A stretch of 64,000 nucleotides of DNA from a virus. The stretch covers positions 1 through 64,000 of the IMG/VR virus record IMGVR_UViG_3300026118_000001; one strand, given 5' to 3'. Each line of letters begins with the position of its first letter. The first letter of the stretch is position 1. The notes below the pieces were generated by a model that saw nothing but the letters and a program-made list of their open reading frames with translations, had not been told where the DNA came from and did not search any database. Shown in pieces: positions 47,401-56,724 of this stretch. The translations under genes and the position numbers were made by a program.

Positions 47401-48550
47401 TATTTATGGACTTAGTATCTACTCTAACAGATCTTCTATTTACACCAAAATCATCTGTTTCTCTTATAACAACATAAAATTCTATGTTATCAAAATTAAT
47501 ATCAATATTATCAACTTGCCATGTTATTATTTTTGGTGTACTACTTGTATCTCCTACATAACCTTGAAAACTGGATGACATTGCTGTAGCTCCAACACTA
47601 ACTAAATTACTTATTTCAGAATTAACACTATCTTTAGAAAGATTTTTAGTTAATTTATAATAAGATTGATATACACCACTATGTAAAGCATTTGTTCCAC
47701 CATCTAATAAACTAACAAATATAGGTTTATAAATTAATACATTTGGAGAAATAGAAAGTATTTCTGGATTTTGTGTCATCACATTAGGATCAGCAACATT
47801 AATTGATCTTAAAGGATTATAAAAGTCAGTAAACCATATTTTTCTTATAGCATCAGTTTCATATCTTGTTACTATACCTGTTTGTGGAAAATTCCAATAT
47901 GTTGACCAATTTAAATTAGCAGCATATATTAATTGAAAAGATGCTGATAATGGATCAAAAGATTCAGTATCATATGAAAATCTCCATATAAATCCATAAC
48001 CATTTCCTGTAGTTTTAGGATCAATATCATCACATGATGTTGTAAATATATATATTTCTCTATTTATTATACCATAACCAATTGGTTTTTGTATGGTGGT
48101 TAATGGAATCTCTAAATTAGAATTTATTCTTAATCCTGTACCACTTACAGTAGTTAATAATAATGCAGATTTTTCAACTATAACCACTCTATTATCATCA
48201 TAAAAAACAGAAATTAAATTACTGGTAATTAATGAAGCATAATTAGTGATAATAAAAGTATATAGATCAAAATTAGTTGATCCAGTTGTACTAGGAAATA
48301 TTGTAGATACATTATTTATAGTAATAGTGTTATTTGCATTTATCTTTATAACACTCCAATTATGAATTGGAAATGATGTAGGAATAGTTGATTGTAACTT
48401 ATTTCCTTTAGAATTAGTTAATACAATAGAACCATTAATTTCATCTAATATAATATCAACATTTAAAGCGTTAGTATATGTATTAGGTTTATTAACAAGT
48501 TGATTTCTATCAGCATCTAAACCTCCTAAAAAGTTTGTAGTAGATTTCAT
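44423..48550 (-). CDS. tail stabilisation protein (P22 gp10-like, crAss-type)
   Basis: 1375 aa beta-rich; GYMRGEVYRFGIQF, FGGDIF, ERMRDKY; follows tail tubular gene. Confidence 0.75.
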   Translation of the reverse strand: MKSTTNFLGGLDADRNQLVNKPNTYTNALNVDIILDEINGSIVLTNSKGNKLQSTIPTSFPIHNWSVIKINANNTITINNVSTIFPSTTGSTNFDLYTFIITNYASLITSNLISVFYDDNRVVIVEKSALLLTTVSGTGLRINSNLEIPLTTIQKPIGYGIINREIYIFTTSCDDIDPKTTGNGYGFIWRFSYDTESFDPLSASFQLIYAANLNWSTYWNFPQTGIVTRYETDAIRKIWFTDFYNPLRSINVADPNVMTQNPEILSISPNVLIYKPIFVSLLDGGTNALHSGVYQSYYKLTKNLSKDSVNSEISNLVSVGATAMSSSFQGYVGDTSSTPKIITWQVDNIDINFDNIEFYVVIRETDDFGVNRRSVRVDTKSINNQSSITFSVDQSAIVNGIIITDSQASVQQYNGFTHCKTIAEKDNLLIAANLKNELVNTLDNFDARAFRSFSPNSQDIRLTNNNINSSYTLAAASALPQTSDCINDYTSGNACYYKPNTNVLGGAGPNVSYTFITEQINVDGGVTNSAAFAPWFIAYPENVSQNLLVKSPIDYQRYSNGNGSTFYSTYKNPQYSGLLKGYMRGEVYRFGIQFFTKSMQPLFVKWIGDIKFPDHFQSNPTSPSGDFRTLTLTTSSTGALQAQTRTLGILFSISGLDQISDSIGGYSIVRVQRKYADRTIINQGFINSAIQRSNSLVADLGINIQNLAGSPINKFFIHYPRVGRSGKTIDTSMKLKTVQQLSLTNSVHYTGPSSSDQYTFKYYGISSPPSYNIANPIIQSTLLSGQESYPNSEINTSSGLSINNRTINYSDPNVAQDNFGQYAYFIETQNSLASVGNSSIIISNIVIDNPGQYGGRTYSDRSENTYISCGHFRPIPLGIIADPIETPEVFGGDIFVCLYDSLTYRKNWGNSTGYIRGIIHTVPLETDINIDLLPGDRANNTYTLDANNNEADIIESGNYFTVYSAEDNLRSYFPPPSTFFQVDKWINRFAASNVKINGELVDNWSVFPIGDVWDADGQYGEINGIINHDSKMFFWQDRAFGILQVNPRVFIGDLNNPDVDSQIQLGFGNKLQRHDYISNTSGTRHQGSILNTKSGLFWMDTNLKKLMNFQNTKDGSSMAPISDVKGLYAYLIKNFKHDLIDKACWDVNPNGLSGISAIYDVLRDKIYYTVHNGLVNGIQSSFTITYSNLTGTFVSFKSFVPKLYISDYTNVFTFDDIQTIYVNEKGNYNEFYGVKQPSTIKYIVNDSPNETKVFDNLEIITQSVNENNPNINNNDDTWKKIRVTNDYQNTDWIDLIVDNNIRRPERIWKLDIPRNRVLYTTSNSPDIMIDISATRKLFGERMRDKYINIELQYNNPNSNLLKTSLITTEFRQSPR

Positions 48551-48551
48551 A

Positions 48552-49286
48552 TTAAATATTTAAATTTTCTCTTCTTGGCATATTTCTAAAATTTTTAGAA
48601 TATTCCCTACGCATAGGCATTAACCTAGTCATAATACTTGTAAGATTTTCTAATTGTGCTGTATTAGGCATATTACCACTACCTCTAGCACTATTAACAT
48701 AAAATAACCAATTTGCTTCTGAAGCATCTTTAACTTTATCTGTTATTTTTCCTTTTCTCCATTCTCTATAATCAATCATATGAATTATAAAAGATTCAAT
48801 TGCTTTCTGATAATATATATCATCTGGGATCATTGGAAATCCATCTTCATCTAAATGTATTCCTAAATAATTAATACAAACACTTTTATCTTCATCTGGT
48901 AGATTACTATCAATTCCATTATTAATATTTGTTATTAAATAACTATCATTTAAATAAAATGTATTACCACAATTATCTCCTTTACAAATAGGAACTTGAC
49001 ATGAATGACAAGCATAATTATTTGCTGCACTTTGACTAGCCCAATATAAAGGTTGTTGTTTATAATTAATATCAATTAGTTTATGAAAACCACATGGTAA
49101 TTTAGCTTTTCCATTAGCTAATGTAATACAATCAGTTATTTCATCATATTGGCCATATACTCCAATTAACTCTAATGCTTCTGCTGCAAACTCAACCATA
49201 TCATTAACAGGTATTTCATAGTTTATATCTAAACTGCGATATACTTTAGCTATTATTCTATTGATACTAATATATCCACTTATCAT
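48552..49286 (-). CDS. tail tubular / ring protein (P22 gp4-like)
   Basis: EALELIG...LPC...DEDGFPMIPD; crAss-type order IHF, tubular, stabilisation. Confidence 0.65.
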   Translation of the reverse strand: MISGYISINRIIAKVYRSLDINYEIPVNDMVEFAAEALELIGVYGQYDEITDCITLANGKAKLPCGFHKLIDINYKQQPLYWASQSAANNYACHSCQVPICKGDNCGNTFYLNDSYLITNINNGIDSNLPDEDKSVCINYLGIHLDEDGFPMIPDDIYYQKAIESFIIHMIDYREWRKGKITDKVKDASEANWLFYVNSARGSGNMPNTAQLENLTSIMTRLMPMRREYSKNFRNMPRRENLNI

Positions 49287-49287
49287 T

Positions 49288-49737
49288 TTATTTAAGTTTA
49301 AAAAAATCTACTTTTTTAATATTTATTGCTGGAGCAATTGTTCTTTTAGCTTTTCTACAAGGAATAAATTTATATCTTGTTTTGCCTATTATAATTGCAT
49401 TCCTCTTATTCCAATACCATTGATATGTATATTTCTGGTCAAAATATATTACAAATCCATTTTCTTTTGTTCTTTTATAATCAACAGCCCAATATTTCTT
49501 TTGTTTATTATAAGACATTTCATTTTTAATTATTTGTAACATTCCCAATCTATAAGGAATTTCAAATTCATTAGAATTATTAACTACTTGATCTAATATT
49601 TCTAAATTACATTCTTTAATTATTTTGGAATATTCTTTATAAGAAATTGGTTTTTCTTTATGTTTAGCTTTATAATAATTGTAAAAATCTCTTAAATTAA
49701 TATCACTTGGCTTTTTTCCTTTTGTTCTCTTTCTCAT
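49288..49737 (-). CDS. IHF/HU-like DNA-binding protein
   Basis: Basic; FEIPYRLGMLQI...YKFIPCRKAKR; position typical of crAss-like phages. Confidence 0.65.
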   Translation of the reverse strand: MRKRTKGKKPSDINLRDFYNYYKAKHKEKPISYKEYSKIIKECNLEILDQVVNNSNEFEIPYRLGMLQIIKNEMSYNKQKKYWAVDYKRTKENGFVIYFDQKYTYQWYWNKRNAIIIGKTRYKFIPCRKAKRTIAPAINIKKVDFFKLK

Positions 49738-50441
49738 TAAGAATTAGCTTGTTTTTCCTCTGCTTTTTGCTTATTTGTAGATCCATCTAGATTATTAGTA
49801 TTTTTCATGTCAAATGTCATAAATGGAGCAACTTTTGTCTTTAATATAATATCAGTTATTTGTGTAGCTAATGTTAATGAAACTGGATATGGACTGTCAT
49901 CTGTAAAGCATAAATTACCAGAACAATCTGCAAATCTTTTTAAATCTGAAGGAGTTTCAAATAATCCAGCAACTTCTACTACTTCTAAAAATTGGTCATT
50001 TGAAATATACAAATAATCATTTTTAACATACCAGCCTCTTTTATTTCCTGTATATTTATTATATTGTTGATATTTAGATTTAATTGGATTTGATTTAGAA
50101 ATCATATTTCCGTCAATTGTACTAACAGAAACTAACCAATTATCTCTCCAAGAATCTATAGTTGAGGGAAGTCTCAGTTTAGATTTTAATAAATAACAAC
50201 CACTATCTACCGTGCAACATTCTGAAGCATCTACTTGCTCTAATTCTACACATGGGATATAAGAAATCCAAGAATCATTAATATCATCATGTTTGTTTAA
50301 ACTTTGAGATATTAATATTGATCTTGTTTGCTCAACCCAATAGGCAATTTGTTGAGTTGGTATTTTGAATTCAGAAGGTAATCCTCCAGAAGAAGCAATC
50401 TCCAAAATATCATATACCATATGATTTAATGTAATACTCAT
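49737..50441 (-). CDS. conserved crAss-like virion (ring-type) protein
   Basis: CVELEQVD...LP...YLY...GLFETP...DDSPYP; synteny. Confidence 0.55.
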   Translation of the reverse strand: MSITLNHMVYDILEIASSGGLPSEFKIPTQQIAYWVEQTRSILISQSLNKHDDINDSWISYIPCVELEQVDASECCTVDSGCYLLKSKLRLPSTIDSWRDNWLVSVSTIDGNMISKSNPIKSKYQQYNKYTGNKRGWYVKNDYLYISNDQFLEVVEVAGLFETPSDLKRFADCSGNLCFTDDSPYPVSLTLATQITDIILKTKVAPFMTFDMKNTNNLDGSTNKQKAEEKQANS

Positions 50442-50458
50442 TTTAGTTTAGTTTTAAA

Positions 50459-50485
50459 TAAAAAAAGGTCATAAATTTGACCTTT
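50459..50485 (-). terminator. intrinsic terminator after the lysis cassette
   Basis: AAAGGTCA / TGACCTTT stem running into a T-tract on the minus strand. Confidence 0.65.
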
Positions 50486-50519
50486 AAATATACTCATTAT
50501 TTTTGTAATTTACAACTTA
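50485..50519 (-). promoter_or_regulatory. phage promoter motif TAAGTTG-N19-GTATATTTA
   Basis: Intergenic, upstream of 50441. Confidence 0.7.
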
Positions 50520-50521
50520 TT

Positions 50522-50935
50522 TTAAATTATTATATTAAATAATATTATTCCTATAATAATAAATGTTTCTGTTATAATTAATTTTGTTTTTATTTTATTC
50601 TTCTTTTCTAAATTTCTTATTTCTCTTACATTTGATTTTAAAAATTCATCTTGATCCTTAATAAATACTGATTGAGAATCAATAATAATATTTTGATCTC
50701 TAATTATTAGGGTGTCATTGGATAGTTGCTTTTGACAAATATTATAATTAATAGTAATTAAAGAATCTTCAGTTTCAAAAAAATGTTCTTTTGTATCTTG
50801 TAATATGAAATATTGTATCTCATTAAGAGTTAATGAAATACTATTATTATCTAATACCTTTTGAGCGTAAGATGGAATCCACAATATAATTAGCAGATTT
50901 AATACTATTAATGTTCTTATCCTTTTTAAGTTCAT
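50522..50935 (-). CDS. membrane protein of the lysis cassette (spanin-like?)
   Basis: Signal peptide, coiled coil, C-terminal TM; overlaps upstream gene. Confidence 0.45.
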   Translation of the reverse strand: MNLKRIRTLIVLNLLIILWIPSYAQKVLDNNSISLTLNEIQYFILQDTKEHFFETEDSLITINYNICQKQLSNDTLIIRDQNIIIDSQSVFIKDQDEFLKSNVREIRNLEKKNKIKTKLIITETFIIIGIILFNIII

Positions 50936-51275
50936 TTTGATACTTATTATAATTTAATTTTATTTTTTTATTATTATCTACCATTTGTAGTGATAAAGAA
51001 TCATTTAGTCTATTTAATTCAACTATTTCCTGTTGTTTTAATCTAATACTATCATTCAATACTGATTCTCTTTTTTTAAATTCATTATATTGATTTTCAA
51101 TACAATTTGATTTATCTGTAGAATCAGAAAATTCATTATACCACCCACAAGTGGTTATCCCTGTTATTATAACTAGTCCTATTATAGATAGTATAATATA
51201 ATCATTAAATGTGAATCCTTTCATTTTTTCCTTTTTTAAATTTTCCATATTCATTAATACCAAAAAGAGTTGCAA
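50847..51275 (-). CDS. i-spanin-like membrane protein
   Basis: N-terminal TM then coiled coil; true start probably MKGFTF. Confidence 0.5.
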   Translation of the reverse strand: MQLFLVLMNMENLKKEKMKGFTFNDYIILSIIGLVIITGITTCGWYNEFSDSTDKSNCIENQYNEFKKRESVLNDSIRLKQQEIVELNRLNDSLSLQMVDNNKKIKLNYNKYQNELKKDKNINSIKSANYIVDSILRSKGIR

Positions 51276-51453
51276 TAAAAGTATAATCTATAGTGAGTAT
51301 CATTTCTAATTGAGAAAAATTTCCTAGAGATAACCATTTAATATGAATTGCAATTACACATAATATTATAGTAAATGCAGATAGTTTTTTAGAACTAAAT
51401 CCAATAGATTTATTATCAAATGAATTAATTAATTTGGTAATAATTTGTTTCAT
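51205..51453 (-). CDS. holin-like membrane protein
   Basis: Two TM segments, basic tail, coupled to the lysozyme gene. Confidence 0.55.
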   Translation of the reverse strand: MKQIITKLINSFDNKSIGFSSKKLSAFTIILCVIAIHIKWLSLGNFSQLEMILTIDYTFIATLFGINEYGKFKKGKNERIHI

Positions 51454-51908
51454 TATTTTTTGAAATATAAATCTGCTTCTTTTTGTCGTCTCAAAGTTAA
51501 TCCATTTAATACTTTTCTACAACTTTTATTCCATTTTTTAAATTCTTCTTTAATAGAAATATCATTTGGATTTAAGTTTACCTTTTTTAGTAAAGTAGAG
51601 GATTTTAAATTTTGTATTCCAACATTATATGCAAAACATACTAATGCTGAAAATTGATTTTCTGTGATATCATCTCTGGTTATAGAGTCAACTCCTAATT
51701 CAAAAGGAGTTAATGTATTTAAAAGTAATTCTGTAGCTCTTTCTTCTGTAATTATATCTCCTAATTTAAATTTATTACCTTTTTCATCATGTGTACTTCC
51801 AAATCCAATTGTTATTGGTAGATTTCCACTTCCAGGATCTACATAAGCTTTTAAACTTAATCCTTCAGAAGATTTAATCAATGTAAGTCCATCTTTATTT
51901 ATCTTCAT
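51453..51908 (-). CDS. endolysin, GH24 lysozyme
   Basis: E-x8-D...T catalytic loop EGLSLKAYVDPGSGNLPITIGFG, ALVCFAYNVG, GLTLRRQKE; start moved to MKINKDG. Confidence 0.92.
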   Translation of the reverse strand: MKINKDGLTLIKSSEGLSLKAYVDPGSGNLPITIGFGSTHDEKGNKFKLGDIITEERATELLLNTLTPFELGVDSITRDDITENQFSALVCFAYNVGIQNLKSSTLLKKVNLNPNDISIKEEFKKWNKSCRKVLNGLTLRRQKEADLYFKK

Positions 51909-52161
51909 TATCTTCTTTAAATTTAGGTTTCCTTTTTTTAATCCATCCATTATCTTGTAGGAATTTAATAAATGTTATAAATCCTACTACCATAGCTGTT
52001 CCCCAAGCACCCCATTGAAATATAGTACTAATAGCATCAACTTCATCTGAATGTGTTTTAAAAAAAGAAATCCATTCTCCTGTTAAAGCAAGTAAAATAG
52101 AAGTTGCCAAACATTTAGTGTTTGTTGTGTTTGGATCTGAACAAATTAATTCCATATTCAT
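51895..52161 (-). CDS. holin-like membrane protein
   Basis: Hydrophobic segments and basic C-terminus, upstream of endolysin. Confidence 0.5.
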   Translation of the reverse strand: MNMELICSDPNTTNTKCLATSILLALTGEWISFFKTHSDEVDAISTIFQWGAWGTAMVVGFITFIKFLQDNGWIKKRKPKFKEDNEDK

Positions 52162-52504
52162 CTTTAATTATAAAAAGTATAACAACTAGTGTTGCTATAG
52201 TTAATCCTGTTAATTTAAATAATTCTATATACCTATTATATTCTATTAAATTCATTTTTATTATTATATTTACTATACAACAAAACATTAATCCAAAAAC
52301 ACTAGCAAAATAATATGTACATCTTCTTTTTAAATAGCCTTCAAATAGCCAATATAAACATACAAAAATACTATAACCAAATAATTGATCTATTATATTA
52401 TAGGTTATAGTATATAATCTGTTATATGCCAATAATGATAAAAGTGATATTAAAAATAATAAGAAAGGACATCCATATTTGTATAGAAGTCTTAATTTTC
52501 TCAT
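52115..52504 (-). CDS. integral membrane protein (about 4 TM)
   Basis: Four hydrophobic segments. Confidence 0.55.
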   Translation of the reverse strand: MRKLRLLYKYGCPFLLFLISLLSLLAYNRLYTITYNIIDQLFGYSIFVCLYWLFEGYLKRRCTYYFASVFGLMFCCIVNIIIKMNLIEYNRYIELFKLTGLTIATLVVILFIIKDEYGINLFRSKHNKH

Positions 52505-52656
52505 TTATTTTTTCTTGGAGAATCAACTTTTATTTTTGTTTTTGATGGAGGAACTGGAATTCCCCCATCAAATGGTTTAGTTGGATTTAAAAATTCTTGT
52601 AAAAATAATTGATATTGTTTTTCGTTCATTTATTAAATTAAGTATTAAAGAAATAA

Positions 52657-53007
52657 TTATAGTAAATTCTCATAAACTTTAATATGAACCCAAAATCTAT
52701 GTTCATCAGTTAAAACATTATAATAATCTGCGAAGATAAAATAAATTTTATCAGGCATTTCATCAATAAAAGCATTAGTCTTTATAATTCCAGCATTTGC
52801 TCCTTCAGATTGATAAGCAGATTCAAATCTGATTATTGTATTATCAATAGAAAAAGCTCCAGTACATTGGATAGAATAATTACCAGCAGCAGAATATGCC
52901 CATACTGGTGAAAATGGTAATGTATTTTTTACTAATAATTTTTCTACTGGTGCTCCTGTTCCTGTTTGTTCTAAATAAGCTTCATATTCATACTTTAGTG
53001 TTGCCAT
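52657..53007 (-). CDS. small virion / tail-fibre-associated protein, paralog of 53049..53453
   Basis: Y-x-A...QTGTGAPV...NTL-x-F-x-PVW...AGNY shared. Confidence 0.6.
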   Translation of the reverse strand: MATLKYEYEAYLEQTGTGAPVEKLLVKNTLPFSPVWAYSAAGNYSIQCTGAFSIDNTIIRFESAYQSEGANAGIIKTNAFIDEMPDKIYFIFADYYNVLTDEHRFWVHIKVYENLL

Positions 53008-53048
53008 GTTGTTTGATTTTTATATTTGTTTTTAGTTATTATTAATTA

Positions 53049-53453
53049 TTAAGGATAAACTCTTATATTCATCCACCATGTATTATCATCTATTGCAGTT
53101 CCACTGCCAATAAAATTTGATGTTAAAATAGTTACTTTATCAGGTAGATGTGGGTGATATATTAAAGAATATACTCCACCAAATGTATTATTATAAGCCA
53201 TATTAATAAATACTGCTGTTTTTCCAACTGGAAATCCTCCAGTTTGTCTTAATTCATAATTTCCTGCTGAAGCTCTAAACCATACTGGAGTAAATCCTAA
53301 AGTATTCTGAAAAATTGTAGAAACTGGAGCATTTGTTCCTGTTTGTGTTACAATTGCATCATAGACAGTATAAGGAGTAGATCCTCCTCCACCCCCACCT
53401 CCTGTTGAAGATGTAGGAATTTCATATATTTTTTTTCTAACTATAACACTCAT
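53049..53453 (-). CDS. small virion / tail-fibre-associated protein
   Basis: Poly-Gly linker then QTGTNAPV...NTLGFTPVW domain. Confidence 0.6.
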   Translation of the reverse strand: MSVIVRKKIYEIPTSSTGGGGGGGSTPYTVYDAIVTQTGTNAPVSTIFQNTLGFTPVWFRASAGNYELRQTGGFPVGKTAVFINMAYNNTFGGVYSLIYHPHLPDKVTILTSNFIGSGTAIDDNTWWMNIRVYP

Positions 53454-53464
53454 ATTTATGTATA

Positions 53465-53806
53465 TTATTTATAATAAGTTATATTTAATTGAGTAGTTCC
53501 ACTGGTCCCTTGAATCACTTTAAAATTTCTTAAATTTTCACTTGTTGTTATTTCAAATACTGCTGTACTTCCTTGAAACCAACCTACACTTGATGTTGGA
53601 ATACTTCCATCTTCCCAATATCTAATGGCATAATCTGTCACTGTTGATTCTACTTGAATTAAAGCTGATTTTGCTTCTGATGGAATAGTGAGTCCTTGAG
53701 CAGCAGTTGTAACTGTTAAAGTTTGTTTACTAATAGCATTTTTTTCATTTGTTAATGCTTGTAATATTTTGGTTAAATAACCAACTTCCGTTTGTATAAT
53801 TGACAT
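53465..53806 (-). CDS. putative virion protein
   Basis: IRYWEDGSIPTSSVG beta-rich pattern in structural region. Confidence 0.55.
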   Translation of the reverse strand: MSIIQTEVGYLTKILQALTNEKNAISKQTLTVTTAAQGLTIPSEAKSALIQVESTVTDYAIRYWEDGSIPTSSVGWFQGSTAVFEITTSENLRNFKVIQGTSGTTQLNITYYK

Positions 53807-53829
53807 TTTATTATATTTTAATTAGTTTA

Positions 53830-54363
53830 TTATCCTGTAACATCAATTTCTAAAATTGCTGTAGTATTTCCTGTTCCAACTTTTGTATATACTATATCAA
53901 ATGAACTACTTGTAAAATTATTAGTAATAATTGTCCAACCATTACCACTACTATCAGTTCCAGCAGCACACATTAAATTTGATGAAAAAGGTTCAAATAC
54001 AGTACTGAAAATATTTCTGTAACAAGAATGATGTGTTCCATCCGATCTTCCAAATGAACCAGCACTATAAACCGGAATTCCAGAAAATACTAATGTTATG
54101 TGAAGTAATTTTGGGGCAAATGTTGTACTTACAGTAACTGTTCCACTTCCTGCTACTGTTGTTCTTGTTGCTTGTATGTGTTGATGATTAAATCCACTTA
54201 GAATACTAGGATTAACTGTAGCAACATTATTTAAATCAATTGTTACATCACCAGTAATTAAATTATTACTTGTACTATCAATTAAATCTGCAAATTGAGA
54301 TTGTGTTGGGTAATCACCAGTTTCAAAAAATGTTTTTAATGTTGTTGCATTTCTTATTGCCAT
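53830..54363 (-). CDS. putative tail fibre protein
   Basis: N-terminal LKTFFETGDYPTQSQFADLIDS anchor-like motif, S/T/G-rich. Confidence 0.55.
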   Translation of the reverse strand: MAIRNATTLKTFFETGDYPTQSQFADLIDSTSNNLITGDVTIDLNNVATVNPSILSGFNHQHIQATRTTVAGSGTVTVSTTFAPKLLHITLVFSGIPVYSAGSFGRSDGTHHSCYRNIFSTVFEPFSSNLMCAAGTDSSGNGWTIITNNFTSSSFDIVYTKVGTGNTTAILEIDVTG

Positions 54364-54384
54364 TTTATTATATTATTAATGTTA

Positions 54385-54750
54385 TTAGGATACAATAAAA
54401 TTACATCCTATTTGCATACTTCCTATTCCTTGTGAATTTTCACTTCCTATATATTTATATCCATAAGGTTGAAAACATATTCCTGTTAATTTTGATAATT
54501 TATCAAACACTGATTCTATTTCTGTTTCAGTGAGACAATTATTTGTATTACTATAAGTAGTTGGATCACATTGATAAATCTTATAATCTAACATCATATC
54601 AATATAAACACTTAATATAAATAGTTTATTTTGTATTTCAATTGTGGTTTTTTTACCATATCTTAGAGCATTAATATAATCATTTAACCATTCTGAATAT
54701 TTTTGTCCAGATAATTGAAGTCTTACGTTTAAATCTAATTGTGAAAACAT
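54385..54750 (-). CDS. putative structural protein
   Basis: ORF in tail region, ends GIGSMQIGCNFIVS. Confidence 0.5.
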   Translation of the reverse strand: MFSQLDLNVRLQLSGQKYSEWLNDYINALRYGKKTTIEIQNKLFILSVYIDMMLDYKIYQCDPTTYSNTNNCLTETEIESVFDKLSKLTGICFQPYGYKYIGSENSQGIGSMQIGCNFIVS

Positions 54751-54761
54751 TTTTCTTAATT

Positions 54762-55781
54762 TTATGTTCTTACTATTCTTAATGTTACTAGAACTTTTCC
54801 TCCTGCTGTTGTTTTAGCAGTATTTATTGTTATTGTTTCAAAAACTGCAAATGAATTATTAGCAGTTACTGCACTTGCATAAACTGTTCCAAAAATATCA
54901 GAAGGAGCAAAAACAATTGGTGTTGTTACAGTCATAGTAGTTCCTGATCCATCTTTTAATATAATTGTTCCACTATCTGTAGCAGCAATAGGTTTTATAG
55001 CTGATGTATATATCTCTATTATAGTTCCTGGGTAAGGCATTCTTATTTTATAAGGCCCTTGTTCATTTGCTTCAAATGATACTGGAACTACTAATAATTC
55101 GGTTTGTAGAATAGTTGATAATTTATCTGTAGTTACATTATTATTAGCAATCATTGTAGTTAATACTTTATTTGCTCCAATTGTTGTAACTCCACTTCCA
55201 TTTATTGTAATATCTCCAGACATTGCTGTAGAATTTATCGTAGTTCCATTTCCAAGTAATAAATTACCAGAAGTCTTTGCACTAAATTCTTCTATATTAT
55301 TAGAAGCATCACTTCTAAGCATATACCCTTGACTAGTAAGTTGTTCTATTTTAGGAAGAGTAATTTCATTATCTCCTATTTTTGATGTACTAATTGAACC
55401 GCCCAATAAAGATGCTGGTATAATTAAATTTGTTTGTTGTTCAGAAAAATCTGGTCTAACAGATACATTCCATGTTCCAGCAGCAGTATAATATGCTGTT
55501 ATATCACATCTTGAATTAGCTTGAGCATCTGTTAAATCTACACCAAAGAATGATACTGTTATTCCTCCACTATAATTAGAAACTATATTTCCTATATATT
55601 CTATGTAAAAAGTACAACCTTGATTTGGTGTTCCTGTATGGATAAATTCTTGATCTGCTAATAACACAACAGAAGTTGTAGAACCAATTACATATTTACT
55701 ATATGGTGCTCTTACATCCAAAGAAACTGTTCCTCCAGCAGCAAGAATTGAATAATTATATATTGAGTTTTGTACTGGCAT
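54762..55781 (-). CDS. putative tail fibre/spike protein
   Basis: I-x-x-x-x-VTTxK short repeats and MSGDITI, typical of fibres. Confidence 0.55.
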   Translation of the reverse strand: MPVQNSIYNYSILAAGGTVSLDVRAPYSKYVIGSTTSVVLLADQEFIHTGTPNQGCTFYIEYIGNIVSNYSGGITVSFFGVDLTDAQANSRCDITAYYTAAGTWNVSVRPDFSEQQTNLIIPASLLGGSISTSKIGDNEITLPKIEQLTSQGYMLRSDASNNIEEFSAKTSGNLLLGNGTTINSTAMSGDITINGSGVTTIGANKVLTTMIANNNVTTDKLSTILQTELLVVPVSFEANEQGPYKIRMPYPGTIIEIYTSAIKPIAATDSGTIILKDGSGTTMTVTTPIVFAPSDIFGTVYASAVTANNSFAVFETITINTAKTTAGGKVLVTLRIVRT

Positions 55782-55782
55782 T

Positions 55783-56715
55783 TTATTTATTTAAAAATAT
55801 TACACTTAATTGTTTTGATGTTGCTGTTCCAGATCCACTTACTCTTTGCATTTTAATGTCAATTGGAATTGCATTTGCAAATGTTAATGCTCCAGAACCA
55901 TAAGTATTTCCTGATGCTCCCCAAGTAAAAAATCCACCAGAAGTTGCATCAAATGATGTCATTATTGATTCAAAGAAATAAGTTGTTGCGCTTTCTCTTG
56001 TTATTGTTGCTCTAAGTCTTGCACATTTAGTTCCATTTGGTAATGTATATGTTCCAAATATCACACTATTTATTACTAGTGTTAATGTAAATTCATCTGT
56101 TATTACAGATTTTTCAAGCCAAGATGTTATTAATAAAGCATCTTGATTTGTATTACATTGTCCAGCAGTTACTGTATATGATAATAATGTTGTAAGAGTT
56201 GTTCCACTAGTTGTAGCACTTCCTGTTGTAACATTATTTAATACAGATACTCCATCAGTACCATTAGTTCCATTTAATCCATTAGCACTAAAAGTTAGAA
56301 CTAAATTATCAGAAGCTGTATAAATATTTGTAGGTATTGTAGCATTTGAAGCAACAGTATATGTTACTGTTAATGTATGATAGGTTCCACTATCAGTGAC
56401 ACCTGTTATAAGACCAGTCCAAAATTTAGTACTATCAAATTCTTTATATATAGTTATTGATCCATAACTTCCAGAATTTGAAAAACTATCTAGTAATAAG
56501 TCATAATCTATACTATTTAATCCAGTATCAGATACATAGATTGATGTTACTAAACTTGAAGATGTATTATTAAATCTTATTTCTCCAGAACTTGGGGAAA
56601 TCACTGTTGATGTAGAAAAACTCCATCTTCCATTAATTCCTCCATGATTTCCATTTGATCCTGGAAGTCCATTATTTCCTGCCGGTATTGCTGTACTATT
56701 GTTGTTGCAACTCAT
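55783..56715 (-). CDS. putative tail fibre protein
   Basis: Short collagen-like G-x-x repeats, PSSGEIRFNN, S/T-rich. Confidence 0.55.
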   Translation of the reverse strand: MSCNNNSTAIPAGNNGLPGSNGNHGGINGRWSFSTSTVISPSSGEIRFNNTSSSLVTSIYVSDTGLNSIDYDLLLDSFSNSGSYGSITIYKEFDSTKFWTGLITGVTDSGTYHTLTVTYTVASNATIPTNIYTASDNLVLTFSANGLNGTNGTDGVSVLNNVTTGSATTSGTTLTTLLSYTVTAGQCNTNQDALLITSWLEKSVITDEFTLTLVINSVIFGTYTLPNGTKCARLRATITRESATTYFFESIMTSFDATSGGFFTWGASGNTYGSGALTFANAIPIDIKMQRVSGSGTATSKQLSVIFLNK

Positions 56716-56724
56716 TTTATTTTA

